The position numbers were made by a program, and so were the translations under genes. Below are positions 16,862 through 24,455 of a stretch of 64,000 nt of DNA, piece after piece. Source of the DNA: Thermoanaerobaculales bacterium (lineage in GTDB: Bacteria > Acidobacteriota > Thermoanaerobaculia > Thermoanaerobaculales > Sulfomarinibacteraceae); the NCBI GenBank assembly GCA_036351195.1, contig JAZBOQ010000126.1:8059-72058 (forward strand), in the 5' to 3' direction. The notes under the pieces were generated by a model, which saw only the letters and a program-made list of their open reading frames with translations, did not search any database and had not been told where the DNA came from. The number at the start of each line of letters is the position of its first letter. Within the stretch, counting starts at the first letter, position 1.

Positions 16862-18067
16862 ATGAAAAAGATCTATATCGCCGCATACCACCAAAGCAAG
16901 TTCGGCAAGCTCTTCGCCAAGACGGTGCCGGAGATCATCACCGCCGCCATCGACGAGACCTACGCCGAGGTCGGCGCCGATCCCGCCGCCGTGGACGTCG
17001 GCTCCATCGGCGCCACCTGCAACTTCTCCCTCAACGAGCAGGGGCTCCTCGCGGGTCTCATGGCCATGTCACCAGGCCTCGGCGGCAAGCCCATCGAGGC
17101 CGTGGAGAACGCCTGTGCTTCCGGTGGCCAAGCGGTGCTGTCGGTCATCCAGAAGCTGCAGCTCGGTTTCGGCGAGGTGGGAATCGCCGTCGGCTACGAA
17201 AAGATGCGCAACGACGAGGGCAAGATGGACGGGGCTCTCATCGGCAAGGTCCTCGGCTACTTCTCCCACCCGGACGAGCGGGAGGGCAAGACCTACATCT
17301 TCCCGCACCTCTTCGCCGAGGTCATGCAGACCTACATGGAGACCCACGGCACCACCGAGCGGGAGTTCGCGGAGATCTCGTCGCGCGAGTACGCCAATTC
17401 GAGCTTCAACCCCTACGCCCAGATGCAGAAGATCGAGGTCTCGGTGGACGAGGCGACGACTCCCGAGGGCCGCAACCGCTACATCGTGCCCGGCCTGCCG
17501 CTCAAGACCTACGACTGCTCGCAGATCACCGACGGCTACGCCGGCATGTTGCTGGCCACTGAAGAGGGGCTGCAGCGCCTCGGCGTCGCCAAGGCCGACT
17601 GCGTCGAGATCGCCGGGTACGGCCAGGGGACGGACCCGCTGCTGAAGGAGGGCCGCGACATTCTGCGGCCGCAGGGTGCGTTCAACGCCATGAACGCCGC
17701 CTACGCCATGGCCGGCGAGAAGCCCGAGGACGTCAACGTCGCGGAGATCCACGACTGCTTCACGGTCATGGGCGCCATCGGCACCGAGGTCATCGGCAAG
17801 GCCGGCTACGGTGAAGGCGCCAAGTACTGGTGCGACGGCAAGGCCGACGCCAAGGGCGAGTGCGGCATCAACACCTCGGGCGGGCTCATCGCCAAGGGCC
17901 ACCCGGTGGGCGCCACCGGGGTCGCCATGATCGGTTGGGCGGCGTGGCAGCTCCAGGGCAAGGTTCCGGCCGCGCTCCAGGTGCCGGATCCCAAGATCGC
18001 CGCCACCTTCAATATCGGTGGACCGATCTGCGCGTCGGTCTGCACCGTGCTCCGCACGGCGCAGTAG
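16862..18067 (+). CDS. Thiolase-like protein (SCP-x / nonspecific lipid-transfer-type thiolase)
   Basis: Has the active-site region VENACASGGQAV and C-terminal EIHDCFTV and NTSGGLIAKGHPVGATG. SD AAGGAGAA lies upstream of the ATG. Confidence 0.8.
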   Translation: MKKIYIAAYHQSKFGKLFAKTVPEIITAAIDETYAEVGADPAAVDVGSIGATCNFSLNEQGLLAGLMAMSPGLGGKPIEAVENACASGGQAVLSVIQKLQLGFGEVGIAVGYEKMRNDEGKMDGALIGKVLGYFSHPDEREGKTYIFPHLFAEVMQTYMETHGTTEREFAEISSREYANSSFNPYAQMQKIEVSVDEATTPEGRNRYIVPGLPLKTYDCSQITDGYAGMLLATEEGLQRLGVAKADCVEIAGYGQGTDPLLKEGRDILRPQGAFNAMNAAYAMAGEKPEDVNVAEIHDCFTVMGAIGTEVIGKAGYGEGAKYWCDGKADAKGECGINTSGGLIAKGHPVGATGVAMIGWAAWQLQGKVPAALQVPDPKIAATFNIGGPICASVCTVLRTAQ

Positions 18068-18169
18068 TTATGAGTTATGAGTTCTTAGTTATGAGTTACA
18101 TCGCACGGAATTCACGACGTAGAGTGGGCCGTAAATAACTAAGAACTCAGAACTAAAAACTGAGAACTC
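18068..18169. repeat. AT-rich periodic-arm hairpin element
   Basis: Starts the nucleotide after the thiolase stop. The left arm, 18068-18105, is TTATGAGTTATGAGTTCTTAGTTATGAGTTACATCGCA. The right arm, 18133-18169, is AAATAACTAAGAACTCAGAACTAAAAACTGAGAACTC. Confidence 0.7.
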
Positions 18170-18212
18170 TCGAGGTGCGTGCCTGTTGGACGGCCTCGAA
18201 GAAGGGATCGCC

Positions 18213-19100
18213 ATGAGCGAAGAGATTGTGCCGCTGCGCTCCGGTTACCTGTCGGTAGACGGGTTTAAGATCTATTGGGAGTACCACGGCACGGGCGACC
18301 GGGAGTGCTGCTGCCTGCTCAACGGTTTGGCCATGCACACCAAGGCGTGGTACGGCTTCTTGCCGAGATTGACCGATTCCTACGACGTCATCCTCTACGA
18401 CTACCTCGGCCAGGGTGAGTCGTCCACCGACGACGTGCCCTACTTCATCCCCGAGTTCGCCCGCTACCTGAAGCTGATCATGGACGAGGTCGGAGTCGAG
18501 AAGGTCCACCTCATGGGGATTTCCTACGGCGGTTTCATCGGCCTCGACTTCGCCCGGTTGTACCAGGAGAGGCTGCACACGCTGACCCTGTCGGGGATCC
18601 TGCTGTCGCATGAGAAGCTCTTCGATCTCTACCAGGAAATCTCGCTGCGCTTCTACCGTTCGTCGGAAGAGGTCTTCGAGATCTACACCCAGTACATGTA
18701 CGAGAAAATCTTCGGCGAGGCTTTCGCGGCCAACATTCCACCCGAGGCCTTCGAGGCCATGCGCCAGCGCTTCTACGACCGCTACATCGACCAACGCCAC
18801 TGTCTGATCCGGCTCACCGAGGCGCAGAACCCCTTCTTCGGGGAACTGGACGGCAACATGGACGGCTATCGCGCGATCCAAACCCCGACGATGATGATCG
18901 CGGGGTCGCAGGACAGGGCGATCATGCTGTGGGCGCAGAAGAAAATCATCGATATCATTCCCACGTCTCGCTGGCTGGAGATCCCGGGGGCCGGTCACGT
19001 TGTCTACCTCGAAAGCCCGGATCTCTTCTTCGGAACCCTGCGCCGCTTCTTCGAGCTCAAGTCCCTCGATTTCGAACCGCTTGATGGGGTCGAAGGTTGA
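18213..19100 (+). CDS. Alpha/beta-fold hydrolase
   Basis: Has LLNGLAMHTKAW, a nucleophile elbow (LMGISYGGF), and a C-terminal GAGHVVYLESPD. ATG 18213 is preferred over the track's TTG at 18186. Confidence 0.8.
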   Translation: MSEEIVPLRSGYLSVDGFKIYWEYHGTGDRECCCLLNGLAMHTKAWYGFLPRLTDSYDVILYDYLGQGESSTDDVPYFIPEFARYLKLIMDEVGVEKVHLMGISYGGFIGLDFARLYQERLHTLTLSGILLSHEKLFDLYQEISLRFYRSSEEVFEIYTQYMYEKIFGEAFAANIPPEAFEAMRQRFYDRYIDQRHCLIRLTEAQNPFFGELDGNMDGYRAIQTPTMMIAGSQDRAIMLWAQKKIIDIIPTSRWLEIPGAGHVVYLESPDLFFGTLRRFFELKSLDFEPLDGVEG

Positions 19101-19109
19101 TCGAATGGG

Positions 19110-19187
19110 ATGATTCACCACACCGTCGACGGTTCGGGACCACCGCTGCTGCTGCTCAACGGCATCGCCATGTCGGCGGCGCCTTGA
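19110..19187 (+). pseudogene. 25-codon N-terminal stub of a further alpha/beta hydrolase (truncated)
   Basis: MIHHTVDGSGPPLLLLNGIAMSAAP* has the typical hydrolase N-terminus (G.G.PLLLL.G...S) and then stops, 57 nt before the 3' end of the oppositely oriented Doc gene. Confidence 0.3.
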
Positions 19188-19244
19188 GGCAAAGGCGGAG
19201 TTGAGCCGGGTCGGCCTGCTCCGGTCTCGCGGTTCGATCTCGTG

Positions 19245-19640
19245 CTACCGGTCCCCGATCCGGCGGCAGCTCGAACGAATCCAGACGACGAGGTGATCGA
19301 AGTCGCATTCGCCGGTTTCCAGCAACCCGATGAGAAATCCATGGGCCTCTCGGGCCTCGACCTGGAGCTTCCATCCGTTGAGCCGGAGAAATACATCGGT
19401 CGCGAAAAACGCGACCCGTTTGTTGCCGTCGGCAAACGGGTGATTCATGATCAATGACTCGAAGAGGGCCGCGGCCATCGCAGTCAGGTCGCCGTAGTAC
19501 CCCGACTGCGGGCGATACAGGGCGCTTTCCACCAAGCCGAGATCGCGGACACCGCCCGGACCGCCGAAGATCTCAATGACCCGCTGGTGAATCGCCAGGC
19601 ACTCGTCGAGACTTAAAAAAGCAACGGTGTCACTTGGCAA
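19245..19640 (-). CDS. doc: Doc (death-on-curing) / Fic-family toxin
   Basis: Has the Fic/Doc motif HPFADGNKRVAF and the N-terminal LSLDECLAIHQRVIEIFGG. The TTG start overlaps the antitoxin 3' end by 11 nt. Confidence 0.85.
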   Translation of the reverse strand: MPSDTVAFLSLDECLAIHQRVIEIFGGPGGVRDLGLVESALYRPQSGYYGDLTAMAAALFESLIMNHPFADGNKRVAFFATDVFLRLNGWKLQVEAREAHGFLIGLLETGECDFDHLVVWIRSSCRRIGDR

Positions 19641-19842
19641 GGAGGCGCCCCAGCTCCTCGTTCTCGGCGATCGAGTCGCCGAGGTGGTTCATCACGACCG
19701 GACGAACCCGTCTGCGCCGCACATAGTCTCTGATCGCCTCAGTCAGGAGGCCCCCGATGCTCTGGTGAGACTCTTCGGCGATCGCCCGCAGGTCGTTCCA
19801 CGCCGACTCCTCGACTTTGGAGCTGATCTTGATGGCTGCCAC
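19630..19842 (-). CDS. Ribbon-helix-helix (CopG/Arc-type) antitoxin
   Basis: Has a beta strand IKISSKV followed by two helices (EESAWNDLRAIAEES..IGGLLTEAIRDYVRR). I prefer the GTG at 19842, 6 nt after AAGGAGG, over the track's TTG at 19875. Confidence 0.7.
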   Translation of the reverse strand: MAAIKISSKVEESAWNDLRAIAEESHQSIGGLLTEAIRDYVRRRRVRPVVMNHLGDSIAENEELGRLLAK

Positions 19843-19853
19843 GGCACGCCTCC

Positions 19854-19906
19854 TTGACAAATCAAGATATGTCAATCCAGCACGATCGTCAACCGGCAGA
19901 TCGTGC
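19854..19906 (-). promoter_or_regulatory. Candidate toxin-antitoxin promoter with two inverted-repeat operators
   Basis: Read on the minus strand: -35 TTGACG (19892-19887), a 17-nt spacer, then -10 TATCTT (19869-19864). Inverted repeat TTGACA (19854-19859) / TGTCAA (19870-19875) spans the -10. Inverted repeat GCACGATC (19880-19887) / GATCGTGC (19899-19906) spans the -35. Confidence 0.45.
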
Positions 19907-20022
19907 CTCTTCGGCGTCTGGTAGGATGATTGGGTGATGATCGACGTCGACTCCTTTGGAACCTACGCATATATCGGGGGACCACCGTGCCGGCGAAGGT
20001 CTTGCTGATTCTTTGAACCATA

Positions 20023-20049
20023 GGCCCGCCGGCGACGGCGGGCCTTTTC
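20023..20049 (+). terminator. Orphan plus-strand rho-independent terminator
   Basis: Stem GGCCCGCCG (20023-20031) / CGGCGGGCC (20036-20044) with loop GCGA, followed by TTTTC. No intact plus-strand gene lies upstream of it. Confidence 0.6.
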
Positions 20050-20085
20050 AATGCCCGCCGCCGTCACGGCCACGACGGAGGACAG

Positions 20086-21219
20086 ATGCACGCACCCCAG
20101 ACCTCAGTGACCGACCCCCACGCGCTGCTCGAGCAGCACCGCCGAGACATCGAGGCGCTGGACCGGCGCATTCTGCACCTGGTCTGCGAGCGCCTCGAGC
20201 TCGCCCGCCAGGTGGGCGAGCTCAAGGGCGACCTCTCGGTGCCGCTTCGCAACTTCAAGGTCGAGGCCCAGGTCTACCGGCGGTTCGAGGACGCGAGCTC
20301 GCTGCTCGGCCTCGATGTCGGCCTCGGCCGCGACCTCGCCCGGTTCCTCATCGAAAAGGCGGTGGAGGAGCAGGCCACCCTGCGCGACGCGGTCTACGCC
20401 GGCGACGCTCTCGACACCGTCGTCATCGGCGGCAAGGGGGGCATGGGGCGGTGGATCTGTCGGCTCCTGGCCGGCCAGGGCCACCGGGTGCGGGTGATCG
20501 ACCCGAGCGACGGCGAGACCGCCTTCGACGAGGCCCAGTCCCTGAGCGACGCCGCCGACGCCGATCTCATCATGGTGGCGGTGCCGATGAGCCTCTGTCC
20601 GGGGATCCTCGATGAACTGGCGGCCGTCGGCCCGCGAGGGGTGGTGGCCGAGATGTGTAGCCTCAAAGGGCATCTCGGCCCAACCATCGCCCGACTGCGC
20701 TCGGCGGGCGTCCGCGTGATCTCCTTCCACCCCATGTTCGGGCCAGATGTCCGCATGCTCGAGGGCCGGACGGTTGCCTTCTGCAGCGATGCGCCACGAG
20801 AGGATCTCGAGGTGGTTGAAGGGCTTTTTGCCGACACCAGCGCCCGGTTAGTGGAGATGGACCCGATGGAGCACGACCGCCGAATGGGGCTGGTGCTCGG
20901 TCTGACCCACCTGGCCAACCTGGTCTTCGCCCGCGCGCTGGTGCTGTCCGAGGTCGGCGCCGACGAGCTGGCCGAGGTCGCCGGCGTGACGTTCGGCCGC
21001 CAGCTCGAGACCACCCGTGAGGTCGCGAGCGAGAACCCGTCGCTCTACTACGAGATCCAGGCCCTCAACGGGCTCACCCCGGAGACCGGCCGGTGGCTGC
21101 GCGAGGCGCTGGACGATTGGTTGGAGGCCATCGAGGAACCCGGAGATGATCGCTTCGCGGAGCTCATGACCACCTGCAGGGCGACCCTGGACGACGCGAG
21201 CGGGAGGAATGACGGGTGA
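20086..21219 (+). CDS. tyrA: Bifunctional chorismate mutase / prephenate dehydrogenase
   Basis: Has an N-terminal AroQ chorismate mutase helix pattern (RRDIEALDRRILHLVCERLELARQVGELK), then an NAD-binding VVIGGKGGMGRW and a prephenate dehydrogenase body (ISFHPMFGP). Confidence 0.85.
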   Translation: MHAPQTSVTDPHALLEQHRRDIEALDRRILHLVCERLELARQVGELKGDLSVPLRNFKVEAQVYRRFEDASSLLGLDVGLGRDLARFLIEKAVEEQATLRDAVYAGDALDTVVIGGKGGMGRWICRLLAGQGHRVRVIDPSDGETAFDEAQSLSDAADADLIMVAVPMSLCPGILDELAAVGPRGVVAEMCSLKGHLGPTIARLRSAGVRVISFHPMFGPDVRMLEGRTVAFCSDAPREDLEVVEGLFADTSARLVEMDPMEHDRRMGLVLGLTHLANLVFARALVLSEVGADELAEVAGVTFGRQLETTREVASENPSLYYEIQALNGLTPETGRWLREALDDWLEAIEEPGDDRFAELMTTCRATLDDASGRNDG

Positions 21220-22328
21220 AACGCGCACTGGACGGCGTCATCGCCGCGCTGAAGGACTTCGATGATCGCCGGATCGACCTTCTGGTGGGAGAGCCGTGCT
21301 TCGAGCCGCCGGAGGAGATCCGGTCGGCCTTCGTCAGGAACGCCCGCAAGCCGGTCCCGGGGTACGGTCCGCCGGCGGGGATTGCAGAGCTTCGGTCCGT
21401 TCTCGCGGCGCGAATCGGCGGACCCGGATTCGATCCGGAGAGGGTTGTCGTGACCCACGGCGCCAAGGGCGGGCTGCTGGCGCTCCTGGCGGCGCTGGTG
21501 GAGTACGGCGACGAGGTGATCCACCCGCTGCCGTGCTACCCGGCCTACCCGGCCATGGTGCGGCGCTTGGGGGGTGTTCCGGTGGGTGTGGCCGAACGGG
21601 GTCCGGACTTTGCCGGGTGGGCCGCGGCGGCGGCGGCGAAAATGGGGGAGCGGACCCGCGCGATGGTGCTCTCGTCTCCCTCGAACCCGTCGGGTTCGGT
21701 GGTCCCGAGCGGGGAGCTGCGTTCTCTGGCCGCCGAGTGCGGCGAGCGGCGCGTGCGGCTGATTCTCGACGAGGCGTACGCTGCCTTCCACCTCGACGGG
21801 GGTGGGTTCGATCCCGGCGCGGACCCGGTACTCGAGGCCCTGGTCCGGGTCGGATCGGCCTCCAAGAGCCTGGCGATCCCCGGTTGGCGCATGGGTTGGG
21901 TCGTGGCCGACGAGGAACTGGCGGCCTCGGTGACCGGGGCCCAGGCGATGCTGCTCAACCCACCGGCGATCCCGCCGCAGCAGGCGCTGCTGGCGCTTCC
22001 CGAGGTCCCAGGGTCGTTCTTCGAGACCAACCGTTGCGAGGTTCGCACCAGAATGGAGGCTCTGGTCGGGGCGATGAGCTCTACGGGCTTTGAGTGCGCC
22101 CTGCCGTCGGGCGGCTTCTACCTGTGGATCGACATCCGCGACCGGCTGGGAAACGAGACCTCGGTCGAGTGGTGCGAGCGCCTCGCCCGGGATGAGGGCA
22201 TCGGCTTCTGGCCCGGCGAGGACTACGGCTGCCCCGGCTTCGTCCGTCTGGCGTTGCCCCAAGGCGACGCATGGCGCGACGACGTCGCCGAGCTCGAACA
22301 ACGTCTTCAGCAGTCCAAGCGAGTCTGA
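21216..22328 (+). CDS. Class I/II PLP-dependent aminotransferase
   Basis: The GTG overlaps the tyrA stop (GTGA). Has YGPPAGIAELR, LSSPSNPSG, and the PLP-lysine context SASKSLAIPGWRMGW. Confidence 0.85.
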   Translation: MKRALDGVIAALKDFDDRRIDLLVGEPCFEPPEEIRSAFVRNARKPVPGYGPPAGIAELRSVLAARIGGPGFDPERVVVTHGAKGGLLALLAALVEYGDEVIHPLPCYPAYPAMVRRLGGVPVGVAERGPDFAGWAAAAAAKMGERTRAMVLSSPSNPSGSVVPSGELRSLAAECGERRVRLILDEAYAAFHLDGGGFDPGADPVLEALVRVGSASKSLAIPGWRMGWVVADEELAASVTGAQAMLLNPPAIPPQQALLALPEVPGSFFETNRCEVRTRMEALVGAMSSTGFECALPSGGFYLWIDIRDRLGNETSVEWCERLARDEGIGFWPGEDYGCPGFVRLALPQGDAWRDDVAELEQRLQQSKRV

Positions 22329-22978
22329 ACCCTGCCCCGCCGGCCTGCTGTGGTGCCTCTGGCATCCAATCGTCGCGCGGTCGTTTGTCAGGTAGGGTGG
22401 GCCTTGGCCCACCGCGGGTGCCTGCTGACGTGGTCGTCGTCCCGGATCCAGCCCTCGGCGCCGGCGTTCTGTGCCACCTCCACCTGGCCGGTGGTGGCGG
22501 CACAGCGTCGCCCGAGCAGCGTGGTCATTTGCGAAACGACGACGAGGTGACCACGCTGCTCGGGCGAGCGACGGCCTACCTCCGAGCCGGTAGAAGTCCT
22601 TTCGACGGCTGGGCTCGGCGATTGCCACTCTTGGCATTGTTCGCGACGATCGGCATGCCGGGACGGTCAGCAGGGAGCAATGCCAAGAACGGCACGTCCG
22701 TCCCAACGCGAATACTCGCGCTCGGGTTGGGAAAACGCGTGCAGGGAGCTTGCGATGGGTCAAAGATGCGACGCTCTGCGCAGGCTCCGCATGCCCGGAC
22801 GCGGCCATCGCATCGGGAGCGGGAGCGGGATCGGGAACGGGGTCGATCGCTCAAACCAGCACACCGCAACAACCACGGTACGGGTACGGGCGAGGGTGGG
22901 GAAAGGGTTCCGGTAGAGTAGAGAGAACATCTACCGGGCGGTGCGATGCTGCCCGGGTTTTCTTGGAGGACGGACAGA
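22329..22978. repeat. Mosaic repeat cluster A (650-bp gene-free interval)
   Basis: Modules shared with 48925-49897 and 57189-57816. These are REP GGTGGGCCTTGGCCCACC (22396-22413); a long hairpin (stem 22508-22526 / 22549-22567); the GGCACGTCC...GGGTTGGG module (22691-22731); and GGGNNC arrays (22815-22842 and 22882-22907). Confidence 0.8.
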
Positions 22979-24346
22979 ATGCGCGACCCGAAGATCCTGC
23001 TGACAGCTGAAGAAATGCCCCGCCAGTGGTACAACCTGGCCGCTGACCTGCCAAAACCGCCGCCGCCGCCGCTGGGTCCGGACGGGCAGCCCATCGGGCC
23101 GGAGGCGCTGGCGCCGGTCTTCCCCATGAACCTCATCGAGCAGGAGGTTTCCACCGAGCGCTGGGTGGACATCCCGGACGGCATCCTCGAGATTGTTGCG
23201 GGCTGGCGGCCGTCGCCGCTGCGCCGCGCCTTCGCCCTGGAAAAGGCCCTCGCGACTCCGGCGAAGATCTACTACAAGGACGAGAGCGTCTCGCCGGCGG
23301 GCAGCCACAAACCCAACACGGCGGTGCCCCAGGCCTGGTACAACAAGCAGTTCGGCATCGAGCGTCTGTTCACCGAGACCGGCGCCGGTCAGTGGGGCAG
23401 CGCGCTGTCATTCGCCTGCGCCCAGGTTGGGCTCGAGTGCAAGGTCTACATGGTGCGGGTGAGCTTCGACCAGAAGCCGTTCCGCAAGGTGATGATGCAG
23501 ACCTGGGGCGGCAGCTGTGTCGCGTCGCCCAGCGACGAGACCGAGGCGGGGCGCACCATCCTCGCCGAAGACCCGGACTCGCCGGGCAGCCTGGGAATCG
23601 CCATCTCCGAGGCCATCGAGGCTGCGGTCAGCGATCCAACGGGCAAGTCCCGCTACTCCCTGGGCAGTGTGCTCAACCACGTGCTGATGCATCAGACCAT
23701 CATCGGCCTGGAGGCCAAGAAGCAGCTCGAGAAGGCCGGCGAAGGCGCGCCCGACGTGGTCATCGGCTGCGCCGGCGGCGGCAGCAACTTCGCTGGCATC
23801 GCGTTCCCCTTCGTCGCCGACAAGATCAACGGCGCCGAGATCGAGATCCTGCCGGTGGAGCCCAGCGCCTGTCCGACCCTGACCCGGGGGCCCTACGCCT
23901 ACGACCACGGCGACGTGGCCAAGATGACTCCGCTGCTCGCCATGTACTCCCTCGGCCACCGCTTCATCCCGCCGACCATCCACGCCGGCGGGCTCCGCTA
24001 CCACGGGATGGCGCCGTTGGTCAGCGCCGCGGTGGACCAGGGCCTGATGGCGCCCCGCGCCTACGGTCAGGAGGAGTGCTACCAGGCGGCGGTGCAGTTC
24101 GCCCGAACCGAGGGGCTCCTCATTGCGCCGGAGACCAGCCACGCGGTGGCGGCCACCATCGACGAGGCGAAGAAGGCCACAGAGGAAGGCAAGGAGAAGA
24201 CCATCCTCTTCTGCCTGTCCGGCCACGGTCTCCTCGATCTGAAGGGCTACGAAATGTACCTCGCGGGCGACATCGCGAACTACCCGCTGCCCGAAGAGGT
24301 CCTCCTTCGTTCCCTCGCGGTCATGGAGGGTCATCCGAAGCCGTAA
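22979..24346 (+). CDS. TrpB2-type tryptophan synthase beta-like PLP enzyme
   Basis: [19 protein letters not shown] is a typical TrpB2 N-terminus. Has the PLP lysine in [11 protein letters not shown] and the GGGSNFAG glycine loop. ATG 22979 follows SD GGAGGA (22964-22969). Confidence 0.85.
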   Translation: MRDPKILLTAEEMPRQWYNLAADLPKPPPPPLGPDGQPIGPEALAPVFPMNLIEQEVSTERWVDIPDGILEIVAGWRPSPLRRAFALEKALATPAKIYYKDESVSPAGSHKPNTAVPQAWYNKQFGIERLFTETGAGQWGSALSFACAQVGLECKVYMVRVSFDQKPFRKVMMQTWGGSCVASPSDETEAGRTILAEDPDSPGSLGIAISEAIEAAVSDPTGKSRYSLGSVLNHVLMHQTIIGLEAKKQLEKAGEGAPDVVIGCAGGGSNFAGIAFPFVADKINGAEIEILPVEPSACPTLTRGPYAYDHGDVAKMTPLLAMYSLGHRFIPPTIHAGGLRYHGMAPLVSAAVDQGLMAPRAYGQEECYQAAVQFARTEGLLIAPETSHAVAATIDEAKKATEEGKEKTILFCLSGHGLLDLKGYEMYLAGDIANYPLPEEVLLRSLAVMEGHPKP

Positions 24347-24356
24347 GAGACGAGCC

Positions 24357-24420
24357 GTCAGCTCTCAGTTTTTCGTCGCAGGGCGGGCTAGCGATGGAGC
24401 TGATGGCTGATGGCTGATGG
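24357..24420. repeat. Periodic-arm element with (GCTGATG)x3
   Basis: CGTCAGCTCTCAGTTTTTCGTCGCA ... GCGATGGA(GCTGATG)x3, lying 10 nt after the TrpB2 stop. Confidence 0.55.
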
Positions 24421-24455
24421 CTTTCCGCGAACGACGTTGCCGTACACTGGGCCGT

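Noticed and set aside
19921-20020. Possible C-terminal remnant of the disrupted hydrolase upstream of the orphan terminator
   Set aside because: None of the three plus-strand frames gives a recognisable alpha/beta-hydrolase C-terminus (no GH..... motif). Only the N-terminal stub and the terminator are reported.
22271-22921. ORFs crossing the repeat mosaics (22271..22921, 49420..50040, 57394..57810, 56708..57619) that give mutually similar 'proteins'
   Set aside because: The similarity follows the DNA repeat modules, including hairpin arms read in both orientations. The composition is Arg/Gly/Pro-rich, and there are no start-site signals.
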